The position numbers were made by a program, and so were the translations under genes. From an uncultured Gemmataceae bacterium (GTDB lineage: Bacteria; Planctomycetota; Planctomycetia; Gemmatales; Gemmataceae): a DNA stretch of 64,000 nt. Under the pieces are notes generated by a model. It was not told the DNA's origin. It made no database searches and was given only the letters and a program-made list of their open reading frames with translations. Within the stretch, counting starts at the first letter, position 1; each line of letters begins with the position of its first letter. Below are positions 45,852 through 55,175 of this stretch, piece after piece. The stretch covers positions 1,254,142 to 1,318,141 of the forward strand of contig CAVVPN010000012.1 in the NCBI GenBank assembly GCA_963750165.1, read 5' to 3'.

Positions 45852-47168
45852 ATGAATCAACAACGTCATGTGCAAGGTGTCGTCGGTCTGCTGCTCGGGC
45901 TGACGCTGGCGTGGCCGGCCGTCGGCGGCCCGGGCGGCGGCCAGAAAAAGGACCAGCCCCCGAAGCAGAAGCCGGACCTGCGCACCGGCATTGCGGTGTG
46001 TCAGTCGCCGACCGGCACACTGATCGCCGCCTACGGGCCGGGGCCGAACAGTCTCGTCGTGCGCGGCAAGGGTGTGCTGTTCCCGGACGACCTGATGCTG
46101 GCGCTGCCGGGCTACCGTGCCGAGGTGGAGACGCTCAAGGCGGAGGCGCGGCTGGCGCTGGTGGGCAACGTTCAGGTGTCGGCCACGCCGGTGCGCGAGA
46201 GCGCTGTCCGGCTGCACAAAAGTGCCGGCGTGCCCCTGGATTTCACGCTGGACCGCGGCCGGGTGTTCGTCCGGGCCCACCAGGCCAAGGAACCGGTGCG
46301 CGTCCGCGTGCGCGCGTTGAAGGAGGTGCTGGAACTGGAGCTGGAGCCGGGCGCGGAGGTGGCGCTGGAGCGCTTCAGTCGCTGGCTGCCGGGGGTGCCG
46401 TTCCTGGCGAAACCGAAGAAGGGCCACGAGCCGGTGACCGAGGTCCACCTGTTGCTGCTCAAGGGCCGGATCAAGGCGAAGCTGAACGACGACCAGGGTG
46501 AGCAGACGTTCCAGGGGCGGATGCTGTATCAGTGGAACAGCGACCGCGGCGTGGTCGGGCCGATCGCCTTGAAGAAGGTGCCCGACTGGGCCGCGGACAA
46601 GCCGGAGCCACTCGCCAAGGACGTGCAGGCGGCGCTGGAGAAGTTGACCAGGGCGCTCTCCAAGAAAGAGCCGGCCACGGTCATCGAGGAGAACCTGGGC
46701 TCCAGCGACGCGGCCACGCGCGCGTTGATGGTGGCCTGGGCGGAGGCCATCGACCAGCCGGGCCGCGTCTGGGAAGCACTGAACGACAGCAAACACGCGG
46801 ACGCGCGGGCGGCGGCGGTCCTGAGCCTGCGTCACTGGATCGGCCGCGGCACCGCCAACGACGTGGCGCTGTATCGGCTGCTGCTGAACAGGAAGTTGAA
46901 GCCGGCGCACGCCGAGATCGTCATGCAGCTGCTGCACGGCTTCACGGACGCGGATCGGGCGCGGCCCGAGACGTATGAGGCGCTGATCGGCTACCTGGAT
47001 CACGACCAGCTGGCGATCCGCGCGTTGTCGCACTGGCATCTGGTGCGGCTGGTGCCGAAGGGCGGCGACATCGCATACGACGCCGGCGCCGCCCAGCGCG
47101 CCGCCGGCGTGGCGGCGTGGCGCAAACTGGTGCCGGCGGGACAGCTGCCCGCAGCAGAGAAAAAGTGA
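45852..47168 (+). CDS. Hypothetical exported protein with helical C-terminal half
   Basis: Signal peptide; GAGGAG RBS; long intact ORF. Confidence 0.65.
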   Translation: MNQQRHVQGVVGLLLGLTLAWPAVGGPGGGQKKDQPPKQKPDLRTGIAVCQSPTGTLIAAYGPGPNSLVVRGKGVLFPDDLMLALPGYRAEVETLKAEARLALVGNVQVSATPVRESAVRLHKSAGVPLDFTLDRGRVFVRAHQAKEPVRVRVRALKEVLELELEPGAEVALERFSRWLPGVPFLAKPKKGHEPVTEVHLLLLKGRIKAKLNDDQGEQTFQGRMLYQWNSDRGVVGPIALKKVPDWAADKPEPLAKDVQAALEKLTRALSKKEPATVIEENLGSSDAATRALMVAWAEAIDQPGRVWEALNDSKHADARAAAVLSLRHWIGRGTANDVALYRLLLNRKLKPAHAEIVMQLLHGFTDADRARPETYEALIGYLDHDQLAIRALSHWHLVRLVPKGGDIAYDAGAAQRAAGVAAWRKLVPAGQLPAAEKK

Positions 47169-47344
47169 GCACCAGGGAAGGCGTGACCGGGTGGCCGGGC
47201 GGCAGGAGATACCCTCGTTCCCAAACCGGAGTTCGGAGCCAAATTCCTCCCTGCCGCAGAGGGTTCTCGGGACATTCTAAAGATTTCCGAGGTGGCTATT
47301 CTTTTCCCTGGCGCACTTCTTGCTTTCCGGTTCCGGGGATGTTC

Positions 47345-47385
47345 CGCTCTCCCGCAAGCGCTGGGCCAGCGCTTGCGGGAGAGCG
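47345..47385. repeat. Perfect 20-bp inverted repeat before attI-like copy 1
   Basis: cgctctcccgcaagcgctgg-g-ccagcgcttgcgggagagcg. Confidence 0.85.
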
Positions 47386-47444
47386 TAAAACCTGAAAAGT
47401 GATTTTTGTTAGGGCGCGCGGCGCCCCAAATCACCTGGTTCGGG
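47384..47444 (+). other. attI-like integron site, copy 1
   Basis: cgtaaaacctgaaa...tgttagggcgcgc...gccccaaat-cacctg-GTTCGGG; direct repeat of 47593..47654. Confidence 0.6.
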
Positions 47445-47523
47445 CGCCCAGACAGCGCCGGCCGGTTCGGTGGGTGTCGGCTTGCCCTCTCCGGGCATTT
47501 CCGATAAAAAAAGTGCGCGCTTA

Positions 47524-47552
47524 TTGACTTTCGAGATTCGACCGATTACGCT
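47524..47552 (+). promoter_or_regulatory. Sigma70-type promoter (Pc-like) facing the cassettes
   Basis: TTGACT-17 bp-TACGCT. Confidence 0.65.
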
Positions 47553-47592
47553 CACCCGCGGGCGCTCCGCTCCGCGGGGGCTTGCTGGTGAA

Positions 47593-47654
47593 CGTAAAAC
47601 CTGAAACAGTAACCTTGTTAGGGCGCGCTGCGCGCCCTAATCACCTGGTTCGTG
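47593..47654 (+). other. attI-like integron site, copy 2 (crossover G/TTCGTG at 47648/47649)
   Basis: GCCCTAAT-CACCTG-GTTCGTG resembles the attI1 simple site; GTTCGTG is the exact complement of the downstream R'' box CACGAAC. Confidence 0.7.
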
Positions 47655-47675
47655 AGGGGAGCGGGGGGGCGTCGC

Positions 47676-48293
47676 ATGGGCAACAAGGCGTGGCTGACAA
47701 CGGCGGCTACGCGGCAGACCTACCCCAGCCTCCAAGAACCGGCTTACAACGCCGCCCGGCATTCCGTTGCCTGCTGCGATTGGGGTATCCCGCTGCTCTG
47801 GCTCCCACTGTTCCGGCCGTCGGACCTGCTCGTCGAGAGCGTGACCGTCGAGTGCGGCAAGACGTATCGTGACCCTGCGCCCGTAGTGGACACCCCAAGG
47901 GCGTTGGAAAGGCTGGCAGGAGCCGTGGCCCGGCTCGATGCGTTGTTCCGGGAGCAGGGCTCGGTCGCTCGGTACGCAGCCATGCTCCGTGAGGCAATCG
48001 CATCGACTGCCCGGCCCTTCGTCACCTTGGAAGCGGCGGCGCTGGCCGGGGCGGGCGCGCCAGAGGAGTTCTATCGAAACCTGGAGCGGGCATTGGCCTA
48101 CTTGGATCAGCCGGATAGCTACGAGGGGCGGCATGAGTTGCTCTACTTGACGCCTACAGTCAGCGAGCCAGAGATGCCATTCCCGAACCCCGAGGAAGTG
48201 GGGGAGGAGAGTGACATCGAGGGGATGGAGATGCTTCGGTTTCTGCTTGGCGAACGGTGGGAGCGACCTGTGCCCTGGGAACCGATGCGGTGA
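47676..48293 (+). CDS. Integron cassette hypothetical protein
   Basis: Single ORF between the attI-like site and an attC half-site. Confidence 0.7.
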   Translation: MGNKAWLTTAATRQTYPSLQEPAYNAARHSVACCDWGIPLLWLPLFRPSDLLVESVTVECGKTYRDPAPVVDTPRALERLAGAVARLDALFREQGSVARYAAMLREAIASTARPFVTLEAAALAGAGAPEEFYRNLERALAYLDQPDSYEGRHELLYLTPTVSEPEMPFPNPEEVGEESDIEGMEMLRFLLGERWERPVPWEPMR

Positions 48294-48304
48294 GGAGCGT
48301 CTGG

Positions 48305-48329
48305 CACGAACAAGCCGCTACAGCGGACG
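48305..48329 (+). other. attC left half (R''/L''), truncated
   Basis: CACGAAC-aagcc-GCTACAGC-ggacg, 11 bp after the cassette stop; right arm absent. Confidence 0.65.
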
Positions 48330-48363
48330 ACCCCCACACCGGAAGAAAAAGGAAGAAAAAGAG

Positions 48364-48638
48364 TGCCATGTGCCAATGAGATGACGCGGTATTTACGGAC
48401 GGTGTACGCCACCGCCCATTGACGGCTTCATCAAGGAGTCGCGGAGTAGCATTTGCAGTGCCACGAACCAGCCTCTCTCGTTGGTTTGATCACCGTCTCG
48501 CCATACTGGTATATCAGGGGAGTGACCCCACGGTGCCGTATCAGGCGTTGGTGATCCGAGAGAGCGCAAGCTTTTCCTAGGGTTCACCCCTTGGGGACAA
48601 AAGGCGTTCTCGGCTCGCGATCCCGCTCCGGCGGAGGT
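48364..48638 (-). ncRNA. Putative bridge/seek RNA region of the IS110 element
   Basis: About 275-bp structured non-coding region 3' of the transposase, with two 8/9 matches to the reconstructed circle junction. Confidence 0.6.
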
Positions 48639-50204
48639 CTACTCCCCTGACGCTGCTGATTGTACCGCGCCGACCCCCAGGCGCGCCAACACGATCGGCA
48701 GGATGTCCCCCAGCAACTGGGGGCCACGCCGATGACCGTCCTGGATCTTTTGCAACTCCTCGGCCAACGGCCTGGCCTCGGCGGCATGTTCGCGCGACGG
48801 GATTTGCCCGATGGCCGCTTGCAGGTCGCGCAGCACCTCGGCCATGCCCGTGTCGTGGTCGCGGTGGAAGGCCGTCAGCTTGTCGAGGATGTAATGGCGA
48901 CCCTGGATGCTGGGGTGGCGAAAGACCTGGCGGCCGGCCACCATCTGGAAGGCGATGCGGCAGAAGCGCAGCGCCACCTTGACGCGCGTGTGCCGCGGGT
49001 CCTTGCCCTGTGCCGCCCACTGCGTCGCCAACACCCCGAAGTGGTGGTTGCAGACGATCAGGTTGTCGGCGATGCCGAGGATGGCGGCGCGGAGGGAACG
49101 GTTGCAGTTGCGGACCAGCGGGCCGTTGGCTTTGTCCACTTGGTCACTCTGATAACGGGACGGTCGCAGGCCGGCGCGGCCGGTGATGGCCTTGGCGTTG
49201 GCGTAGTGTTCGATCGGCCCCATCTCGCCGGCGAAGTCGGCGGCGCTGACGACGTTGACGCCGGGGAAGGACAGCAGCAGCACGTAGGGCGTCTGCACCA
49301 GCCGGCCGGCGATGTCGCGTTCCAGGGCCAGAATTTCCTGGGTTTTTTGCTGGCGATCGTGGTAGTAAGGCCAGGGCAATGCGGCGGTGCTGCTCGGCGG
49401 CGACATCGCCCGGCGCGGCCTGGTCGGCCCAGTCGAGGACCGTTTGCACGGTGCGTTGCTGGAAGCGGATGCCGGCCTGACGCAGGGAGTGACAGAGGGT
49501 TGTCAATCCGGCCTCGCGCAGTTGGTCGGCGGTCGGGAAGTGGCGGAGCAAGTGCCAGGGGACGGGACTCTCCCAGAGCTTGTCGAAGCAGGCGGCGAAC
49601 CCGGGCAAGGCGGCTTCGAGGTGGTCGCGGATCTGGCAGTTGAGGGCGGCGCCTTTGCGGACGAGGTCGCGGCGTTGGCGGATGAGCAGGAGCAAGGAGG
49701 TCCAGGCCTCGTCGCGGGTGGCTTCGAGCAAGGCGCAGCCGGTGACGGTGGCGCGATGAATGGCGGCCAGGTCGGTGTCGTCGGTCTTGTTGCCGGGATC
49801 GACGGGTTGGCGATACTGCTTGGTGACGAAGGGATGGAGGATGCGGGTCTCGAAGCCGGCGGCGGCGAAGGTGCGTTGCACGATGCGGTGATAGCGGCCG
49901 GTGCGTTCGATGGCGACGAGGCCGTCGCGGAGCTGGTGCTCGGCGAAAGCTTGGCGGACCTGGGCGACGGCCGCGTCGAGGTCGGGGCGGTTGTGGGCGA
50001 CGGTCGTGGGTGGCATGCAGGACGCGGCCGTAGAAGTCGGCGAGGAGGAACTTGGAGCGTGCCTTGGCGCAGTCGAAGCAGACGATGCCGAAGTGTTCGG
50101 GCCCGACCCGCTGGACGCGGGGATGGAGCACGCCGTGGGGCTTGCCGAGGGAGGGTGCCGGACGACGGGACGAGGGACGGTTTGTGGGTACGAGAAGTGG
50201 CCAT
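48639..50204 (-). CDS. IS110 DEDD recombinase/transposase (several frameshifts)
   Basis: FGIVCFDCAK (D), IERTG (E), KTDDTD (DD), SFPGV, GLRPSRYQS (Ser). Confidence 0.88.
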
Positions 50205-50320
50205 GAGACCTGCCTCCGGTAAAAGAGAGAGGGCTCATCTCATTCTGGCAGCTGGCTCGTCGGAATGGGTTATTTCTTTGCTAAAACCCACATACCAGGG
50301 GACGCGGACATTTTTCTTGA

Positions 50321-50410
50321 CCCGAACCAGTCGTTGCACGTGACGGGCCATCTACGGTCAATCTAATAATATTTAGTCGAGCGGCCCGCACGTGAACTGA
50401 GTTGTTCGCC
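50321..50410 (+). other. Complete attC site (90 bp)
   Basis: R'' CCCGAAC, 5-bp spacer, L'' GTT[G]CACG, TG[A]CGGGCC/GGCCCGCA stem, L' CGTGAAC, 6-bp spacer, R' GTTCGCC; two extrahelical bases. Confidence 0.85.
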
Positions 50411-50429
50411 AGCTTGGGAGGGGTCCGTC

Positions 50430-50721
50430 GTGCCGAGCGATGTCCAAACCGTCTGTGAGGCGATCGCTCGTCAACGAAAGTATGGCCACCTTACATGCGC
50501 GGTTGATGACGGGAGCGCGGCCGTCGATCCGCGGGGTTGCCGCGTAGTTCTGGATGAGTTTGTTGGGACCTTTGGATTCAAGGGACTTGCTGACGGGTGG
50601 ATCGAACTCAGCATCCAGGCCGCCAAGACACTCGTGCGCGAAATCTTACTCAAGGATTTAGCTTACCGCATCGCCATGATGTCAGAAGAAGAGGCGGCCC
50701 TGCTCACCGAACGCTTTTTTG
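50430..50721 (+). pseudogene. Second cassette ORF, 3'-truncated by ISL3
   Basis: GGAGG plus GTG start just after attC R'; ORF runs into the ISL3 terminal repeat. Confidence 0.65.
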
Positions 50722-52181
50722 GGTTCTTCCGTTTTTAGGTGCAAGCGCCTGAGAAAATGGCCCGGAAGCCCGCCACCAGTTCCCGAATGTGGGCGATGGT
50801 CTGCCGCACCAGATCCTTGCCTCGGTTTAGGTCCAGGATCAACCGGCTCCACAGACTGTCCGCGGACTTCAGCCCGTAGGCACGCTTGACAATCACGCGC
50901 GCCTTGTTGTTGATCCCCTCCACTGGCCCACTCGTCTGCCGGCCCTCGAAGTAGTTCAGGATCTCGTCTTGCCAGGTCTCGAAGGTCACGATGAACTTCT
51001 CCATCGCCGGGAACTCCTCCAGGATGTCCAGCCACACCCCGGTCAGCCACCGTAGCGCCTGCCGCCGGTCCGTGGCCGTGTCGAAGATCTTCTGGAAGCG
51101 CACGCGGATCTCGTACAGCCGCCGCAGCCGGGGCAACTGCTCAAACAAGGCCTCCAGCTTCGCTTGCTCTGCCTTGGTCAGGTCCTTGGGGTTGCGGCGG
51201 AACTCCCACATCAACGAGCGAAATTCCTTCCGTTGCGCCTTCGTGAGCTTCTGCTTGTGGCCCCGCGTGATTTTTTTTCCGCGCCTGGTCCACGACCTCG
51301 TTGAACTTCTTGGCGACGTGGAAGCGGTCGATGACCGCCTGGGCGTTGGGCAGCAAGCCCCGACAAGCGGCGTGGAACGCCGGCCCCATGTCGGCCCGGT
51401 AGGTATGCACCTGCAGGCGCTGCGCCGCGGACAACTTCTCCAGGCACTGCTGCGCCGCCGCCGCGTCACGGCCTGCGGTCACCGCCAGCACTTCGGGCCG
51501 GTCGGGGTTGGTCAGGTCGGTCAGGATCGTCACGTAGAGCTTGTGCCGCTTCTTCAGGCTCAACTCGTCAATGCCCACGTCCTGGATCACGCGCTGGGGG
51601 TCGATCGTCTTGGCCTGGGTGTCGGCCAACTGGTTGCGGACGATCAGGCCGACCGTCTCCGCCGAGATGCCCAGGCGGCGGGCCACCTCCTCCTCGTTAC
51701 TGCCGATCAGCGCCCGCAAGACGTGCTGCTCGAAGCGGTAGGTGTAGCTCGTGTCCCGGCGCTTGAAGGGCGGGATCAGGTGTTGTCGGTGATGGCAGTG
51801 GGGGCAGCGGTGGAAAACCGGTTGGTAGATCCAGAAGCTCGGTTGGCCCCAGAGTTCCAGGTCGCGGACGACTTGCACCGTCTCCTTGAACTCCAGGTGC
51901 GCGTCCTCCTCGCGGCGGCAGCGGTCGCAGCGACAGCGGTTGGGCAAGGGCCAGGAGACTTCAAAGCCGTGGCCGTCGCCGTGGCGCTCGTAAGCCACGA
52001 TGGTGACGCCTTCCGGGAGATCCACGTCGATAGTGATGGTGGCCATGACCGTCCCTGACGAGCAAGCATCGAGAACCCCAGGGCCGGCCGACGCACGGCA
52101 CCTATCCAGAAATGTAAGCCCCGCACGCCGCCCAGAAAAAGCTCAAAAATCCAGGCACTCGCACTTTACCCCGGAAGAACC
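50722..52181 (-). mobile_element. ISL3-family insertion sequence
   Basis: Imperfect ~30-bp TIRs ggttcttccg...gtgcaagcgcctg / ggttcttccg...gtgcgagtgcctg. Confidence 0.85.
50735..52046 (-). CDS. ISL3 transposase, -1 shift at an A8 tract (51271-51278)
   Basis: Zn finger CDRC/CPHC, VGIDE, ADMG, IDRFHV, TSGPVEGINNK..KRAYG. Confidence 0.88.
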
Positions 52182-52577
52182 ATTTTTTTTCGACCCGCTT
52201 GCGCCCGCCGCCCTGGCGGCGGATACGTGAACCGAGTTGCGGGTCAGGCTGGGCCAAGTCCCGTTGGCCACGCCGGATGGTATCGCGACTCAGGCCCGTG
52301 ACCTGAGCCAGGCGGGCAATCCCGCCACGACCGTAGCGTTGTGCCAAGAGACCGACGACTAACCGTCGGGTGCGCTCGTCCAAGGTAACCACCAAGTGAT
52401 TGATGGCACAATGTTGCGCCGCGAACGCGCTGGTCGGGTGCTGCTGGCAGTCCGGGCAAGGGCAACAGCGGGCAGTTGGATGTTCGGAGTTTTTCATGGA
52501 ATGCCTCCGCCAAGGCCGAGAGGCTGCCCCAAGTCATTCTATGAAAACGACGAAGTTGTTACCGGGCGCCGCCTTAG
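52182..52577 (-). mobile_element. ISAzo13-family remnant (left end and N-terminal HTH, CDS start 52497), cut by ISL3
   Basis: LDERTRRL..GRGGIARLAQVTGLSRDTIRRG..RIRRQGGGRKRVEKK. Confidence 0.7.
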
Positions 52578-52909
52578 TGTAAATAGATCGGGAGGGTTGA
52601 ATGACAACTGGAGCCAGATCGCGCAAGCTACTCAAGCCCGAAGAAGTACTGGCGCTCAATCCGCGCGTCGCCATCACGTTCACGCCGGGCTATCGGCCCA
52701 TCCTGACCCGCACGGTGCGCTGGTTCGAGGAACCGGGCCTCTTCCGGCGCTCGTTCCTTGGCAGATTCACGGCGTCATGTAAGGCGCTGTTCAGGGCGTT
52801 TGTGTTCATGGTTCTGGGACTGCTCGCTGCCTACGTGGCCTCGGCGGTCGCATTGGAGCGGGAGCGATACCATCCGCCGGAACACCCGGCATTTCAGCAG
52901 TGGAGGTGA
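52578..52909 (+). pseudogene. Probable C-terminal remnant of a TraG/VirD4-type coupling protein
   Basis: WSQIARKLLKPEEVLAL..AITF..G.RPI resembles T4CP C-termini; 5' part removed by the IS. Confidence 0.4.
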
Positions 52910-52912
52910 GTG

Positions 52913-53194
52913 ATGCAGGACAGGAGTTGGGTGGAGAGAGTGAAGGACCACTTGACCGAGCGTGTCATCCCCGAGGTCGGGGCTGAAATGAAACGGCTCG
53001 GCGTGCAAGGCCAGATGGAACTGGCGAATGCGATGTGGAACGGCAGCGCCTTCGTCCCCTACGGACCAGGACAATACACCCCATCCGGGAACGAGCAAGG
53101 CGTCCACGGCCCGCAGGAGAACCCGCAGCAACAGACTCAGGGCGATCCTGAGTTGCCCCAGCAACAGCAAGAGCGGGGAGGGAGGTCACTCTGA
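52913..53194 (+). CDS. Hypothetical protein (integrative element)
   Basis: GGAGG RBS; Gln-rich tail. Confidence 0.5.
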   Translation: MQDRSWVERVKDHLTERVIPEVGAEMKRLGVQGQMELANAMWNGSAFVPYGPGQYTPSGNEQGVHGPQENPQQQTQGDPELPQQQQERGGRSL

Positions 53195-53312
53195 TGTTGG
53201 AGGGTTTCGTTTTTATCGTGTGCTGCGCCGCCCTCGGAGTCCTGATCGGGACGACCAGCTGGGGCCAGCAGGCAATCGCCTGGTTGCGCAACCGGAAAGG
53301 GGAACAGCCGTG

Positions 53313-53465
53313 ATGTTCGCATTCACCGACGGATGCTCGTGGTTCGGACCCGCCCTGTTGGTGTTCGCCATCTGGTGGTCGCTCAACTGGCGGAAATTTT
53401 TGAACAAGGACAACGGCGGGAAGGCGGCGCGGACGGCCGTCCGCTGGTGGCTGGGCAGGAAGTAG
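53313..53465 (+). CDS. Small membrane hypothetical protein
   Basis: RBS and a hydrophobic segment. Confidence 0.4.
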   Translation: MFAFTDGCSWFGPALLVFAIWWSLNWRKFLNKDNGGKAARTAVRWWLGRK

Positions 53466-53522
53466 AAGACCAGGCGGGGAGGGGCGGGCAACGCCCCTCC
53501 CCTTCACTCAGGAGACGAAACG

Positions 53523-54149
53523 ATGGCATGGCTTTCAGAATTCTTCGCGGGGCTGTTCGGGTTGGAGGCTCCTGGCGGCACGCAAGACGATTCCGAGGAG
53601 GACGAACTCCCGGAACTACCGGAGGAACTCGCCGACGCAATCTGGGACATCCCTCAGCGCTACGGCCAGACCTACCAAGCGGCGGACAGCCTGGATAAGG
53701 CCCTGCGGCTGATGGACCCCGAGCTTATCATGGATACCGCCATTGAAAACACGAAAGCGGTGTGCCTCTTGCTCATTGACGAATGGGACATCCCCGCCAG
53801 CAAGCTGATGAACTACTTGAAGCCCCTCGCCGAGGCGGTCGAGGAATACGCCCCGCTGTACGGGCAGTTCTGCGCGGAGTACGCGGGCATGTGGGAAGAG
53901 CTGCCTGCGAAGGCCCGGCGGTGGGGGGCAGCGGGTGCACAGTTGGGGCGAGCATTCGGCATGTGGGGCGAGGTCGCCGGGGCGCTTGGGGCGGCGTGGC
54001 TCGCTGGCGGCAACAGCGGGGAGCAAATGGAAGCGGCGTTCCGGCAACTGGAGTCCGCCTTCATCGACGTCGGCTGCCAGTGGGACGAATGCTCGGAGCA
54101 AATCCACGAACGCTGCGCGCGCTTGCTCGCCCGAAACGCTTCGAGGTGA
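53523..54149 (+). CDS. Hypothetical acidic protein with glycine-zipper-like segment
   Basis: AGGAG RBS; GAAGAQLGRAFG..G..AGALGAAW. Confidence 0.6.
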   Translation: MAWLSEFFAGLFGLEAPGGTQDDSEEDELPELPEELADAIWDIPQRYGQTYQAADSLDKALRLMDPELIMDTAIENTKAVCLLLIDEWDIPASKLMNYLKPLAEAVEEYAPLYGQFCAEYAGMWEELPAKARRWGAAGAQLGRAFGMWGEVAGALGAAWLAGGNSGEQMEAAFRQLESAFIDVGCQWDECSEQIHERCARLLARNASR

Positions 54150-54152
54150 CCC

Positions 54153-54347
54153 GTGAACGAACACCTGATCCATGACACGTCATGGTCGGCGGCGTACAGC
54201 ATGGTCGAGGTGGTGGCCCCGTGCCTGCGGGAGGAGGAGCAGGCCGAGGCCTTCCACGCATTCTACCGGCGCGTGCGAGCGGCCCTGGAAGCCTACGCGA
54301 TCATGAGCGAGCGGGGATGGCGGTGCGCGAACCCGTCGAGGAACTGA
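54153..54347 (+). CDS. Small hypothetical protein
   Basis: Operonic spacing and GAGG RBS. Confidence 0.5.
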   Translation: MNEHLIHDTSWSAAYSMVEVVAPCLREEEQAEAFHAFYRRVRAALEAYAIMSERGWRCANPSRN

Positions 54348-54350
54348 GTC

Positions 54351-54758
54351 ATGAAACACCGGGACTGGATCGGCAAAGCCGCCCCGGCCCTCACGCCGGA
54401 GCAGCGGGCCGCTGTCGTTCGCGAGGCTTTCGAGGCCATCGTGGCTGTCGGGTTCATGAAGTGGAAGGCCGAGGAACTGATGGGCTACGGCTACGAAGCC
54501 GGCGAGCAGGACCGCGAGCATTACGCTCGCCTGTACGAAAAGGACCATTTCCGCGCATTCGCTGCAAGGGCCGCGGGGGCGACCGACGCACGGCTGCTGG
54601 AGACGCGGGCCTACTGGATCGGCAAGGCGAAGACGATGGACCTTGGCGCCTGGCTGGAGGTTCAGAGCAAGGGGCGGGGCGGAGACCCGTTTTACGAAAC
54701 GGTGGCGCGCGAGGTGGAAGCCCGGCAGCTCATCCGGGCCGGCGGCCGGGAACACTGA
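54351..54758 (+). CDS. Hypothetical protein
   Basis: GAGG RBS, operonic, typical codon pattern. Confidence 0.55.
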   Translation: MKHRDWIGKAAPALTPEQRAAVVREAFEAIVAVGFMKWKAEELMGYGYEAGEQDREHYARLYEKDHFRAFAARAAGATDARLLETRAYWIGKAKTMDLGAWLEVQSKGRGGDPFYETVAREVEARQLIRAGGREH

Positions 54759-54767
54759 GGTGCGCCT

Positions 54768-54917
54768 ATGACTGTGAAAGATGCGGCCGCCCGCCTCGGC
54801 GTGTCGGCCTACACGGTCTACGGGCTGCGTACGCCCACGCAGTTGCGCCATTCGCGCGTGGACCTGGGGCGGGGCAAAATCGCCAGCAGTGAGGAGATGA
54901 TCGCCGAGTACCTGTAA
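54768..54917 (+). pseudogene. Degenerate excisionase-like HTH gene
   Basis: MTVKDAAARLGVSAYTVYGL, then shifted LRHSRV..GRGKI. Confidence 0.55.
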
Positions 54918-54938
54918 CGGAAGAGATCGAGGTGGGGC

Positions 54939-55175
54939 ATGTTATCCGTCAAGCAGGCGGCCGAGCGGGCAGGGGTGTCGGTCAGCCTGATCTATGCGTG
55001 GTGTGCAGCTGGGGCACTGAAGCATTCCCGCTTCGGTCGTCCCGGAAGACGCGGCACTATTCGGGTCGAGGAAAACGATCTGGAAGCGTTCCTGAAGGAT
55101 TGTCAGCTGGAGGTACGGCTTCCTGCCGCACCTCCGCAGCCACTACGGCACATCACACTCCCGCAGCCTTCTTAG
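54939..55175 (+). CDS. Excisionase-like HTH protein
   Basis: MLSVKQAAERAGVSVSLIYAWC...IRVEENDLEAFL, convergent with the integrase. Confidence 0.75.
   Translation: MLSVKQAAERAGVSVSLIYAWCAAGALKHSRFGRPGRRGTIRVEENDLEAFLKDCQLEVRLPAAPPQPLRHITLPQPS

Larger units (their letters stand above)
48362..50298 (-). mobile_element. IS110-family element; AG/CT core at both ends
   Basis: Transposase plus long 3' non-coding end; removing it restores gaaaaag-AG-gggacgcggacatttttc. Confidence 0.75.

Noticed and set aside
47384..47654. Possible dif/Xer sites or mini-CRISPR
   Set aside because: The match to dif arms is weak, and complementarity of the R boxes to downstream attC R'' boxes favours attI
48375..50244. 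AATGAGATGA inverted pair (48375, 50235) as the IS110 termini
   Set aside because: A real 10-bp inverted match and possibly subterminal, but the AG-core boundaries better explain both the restored target and the guide-like matches
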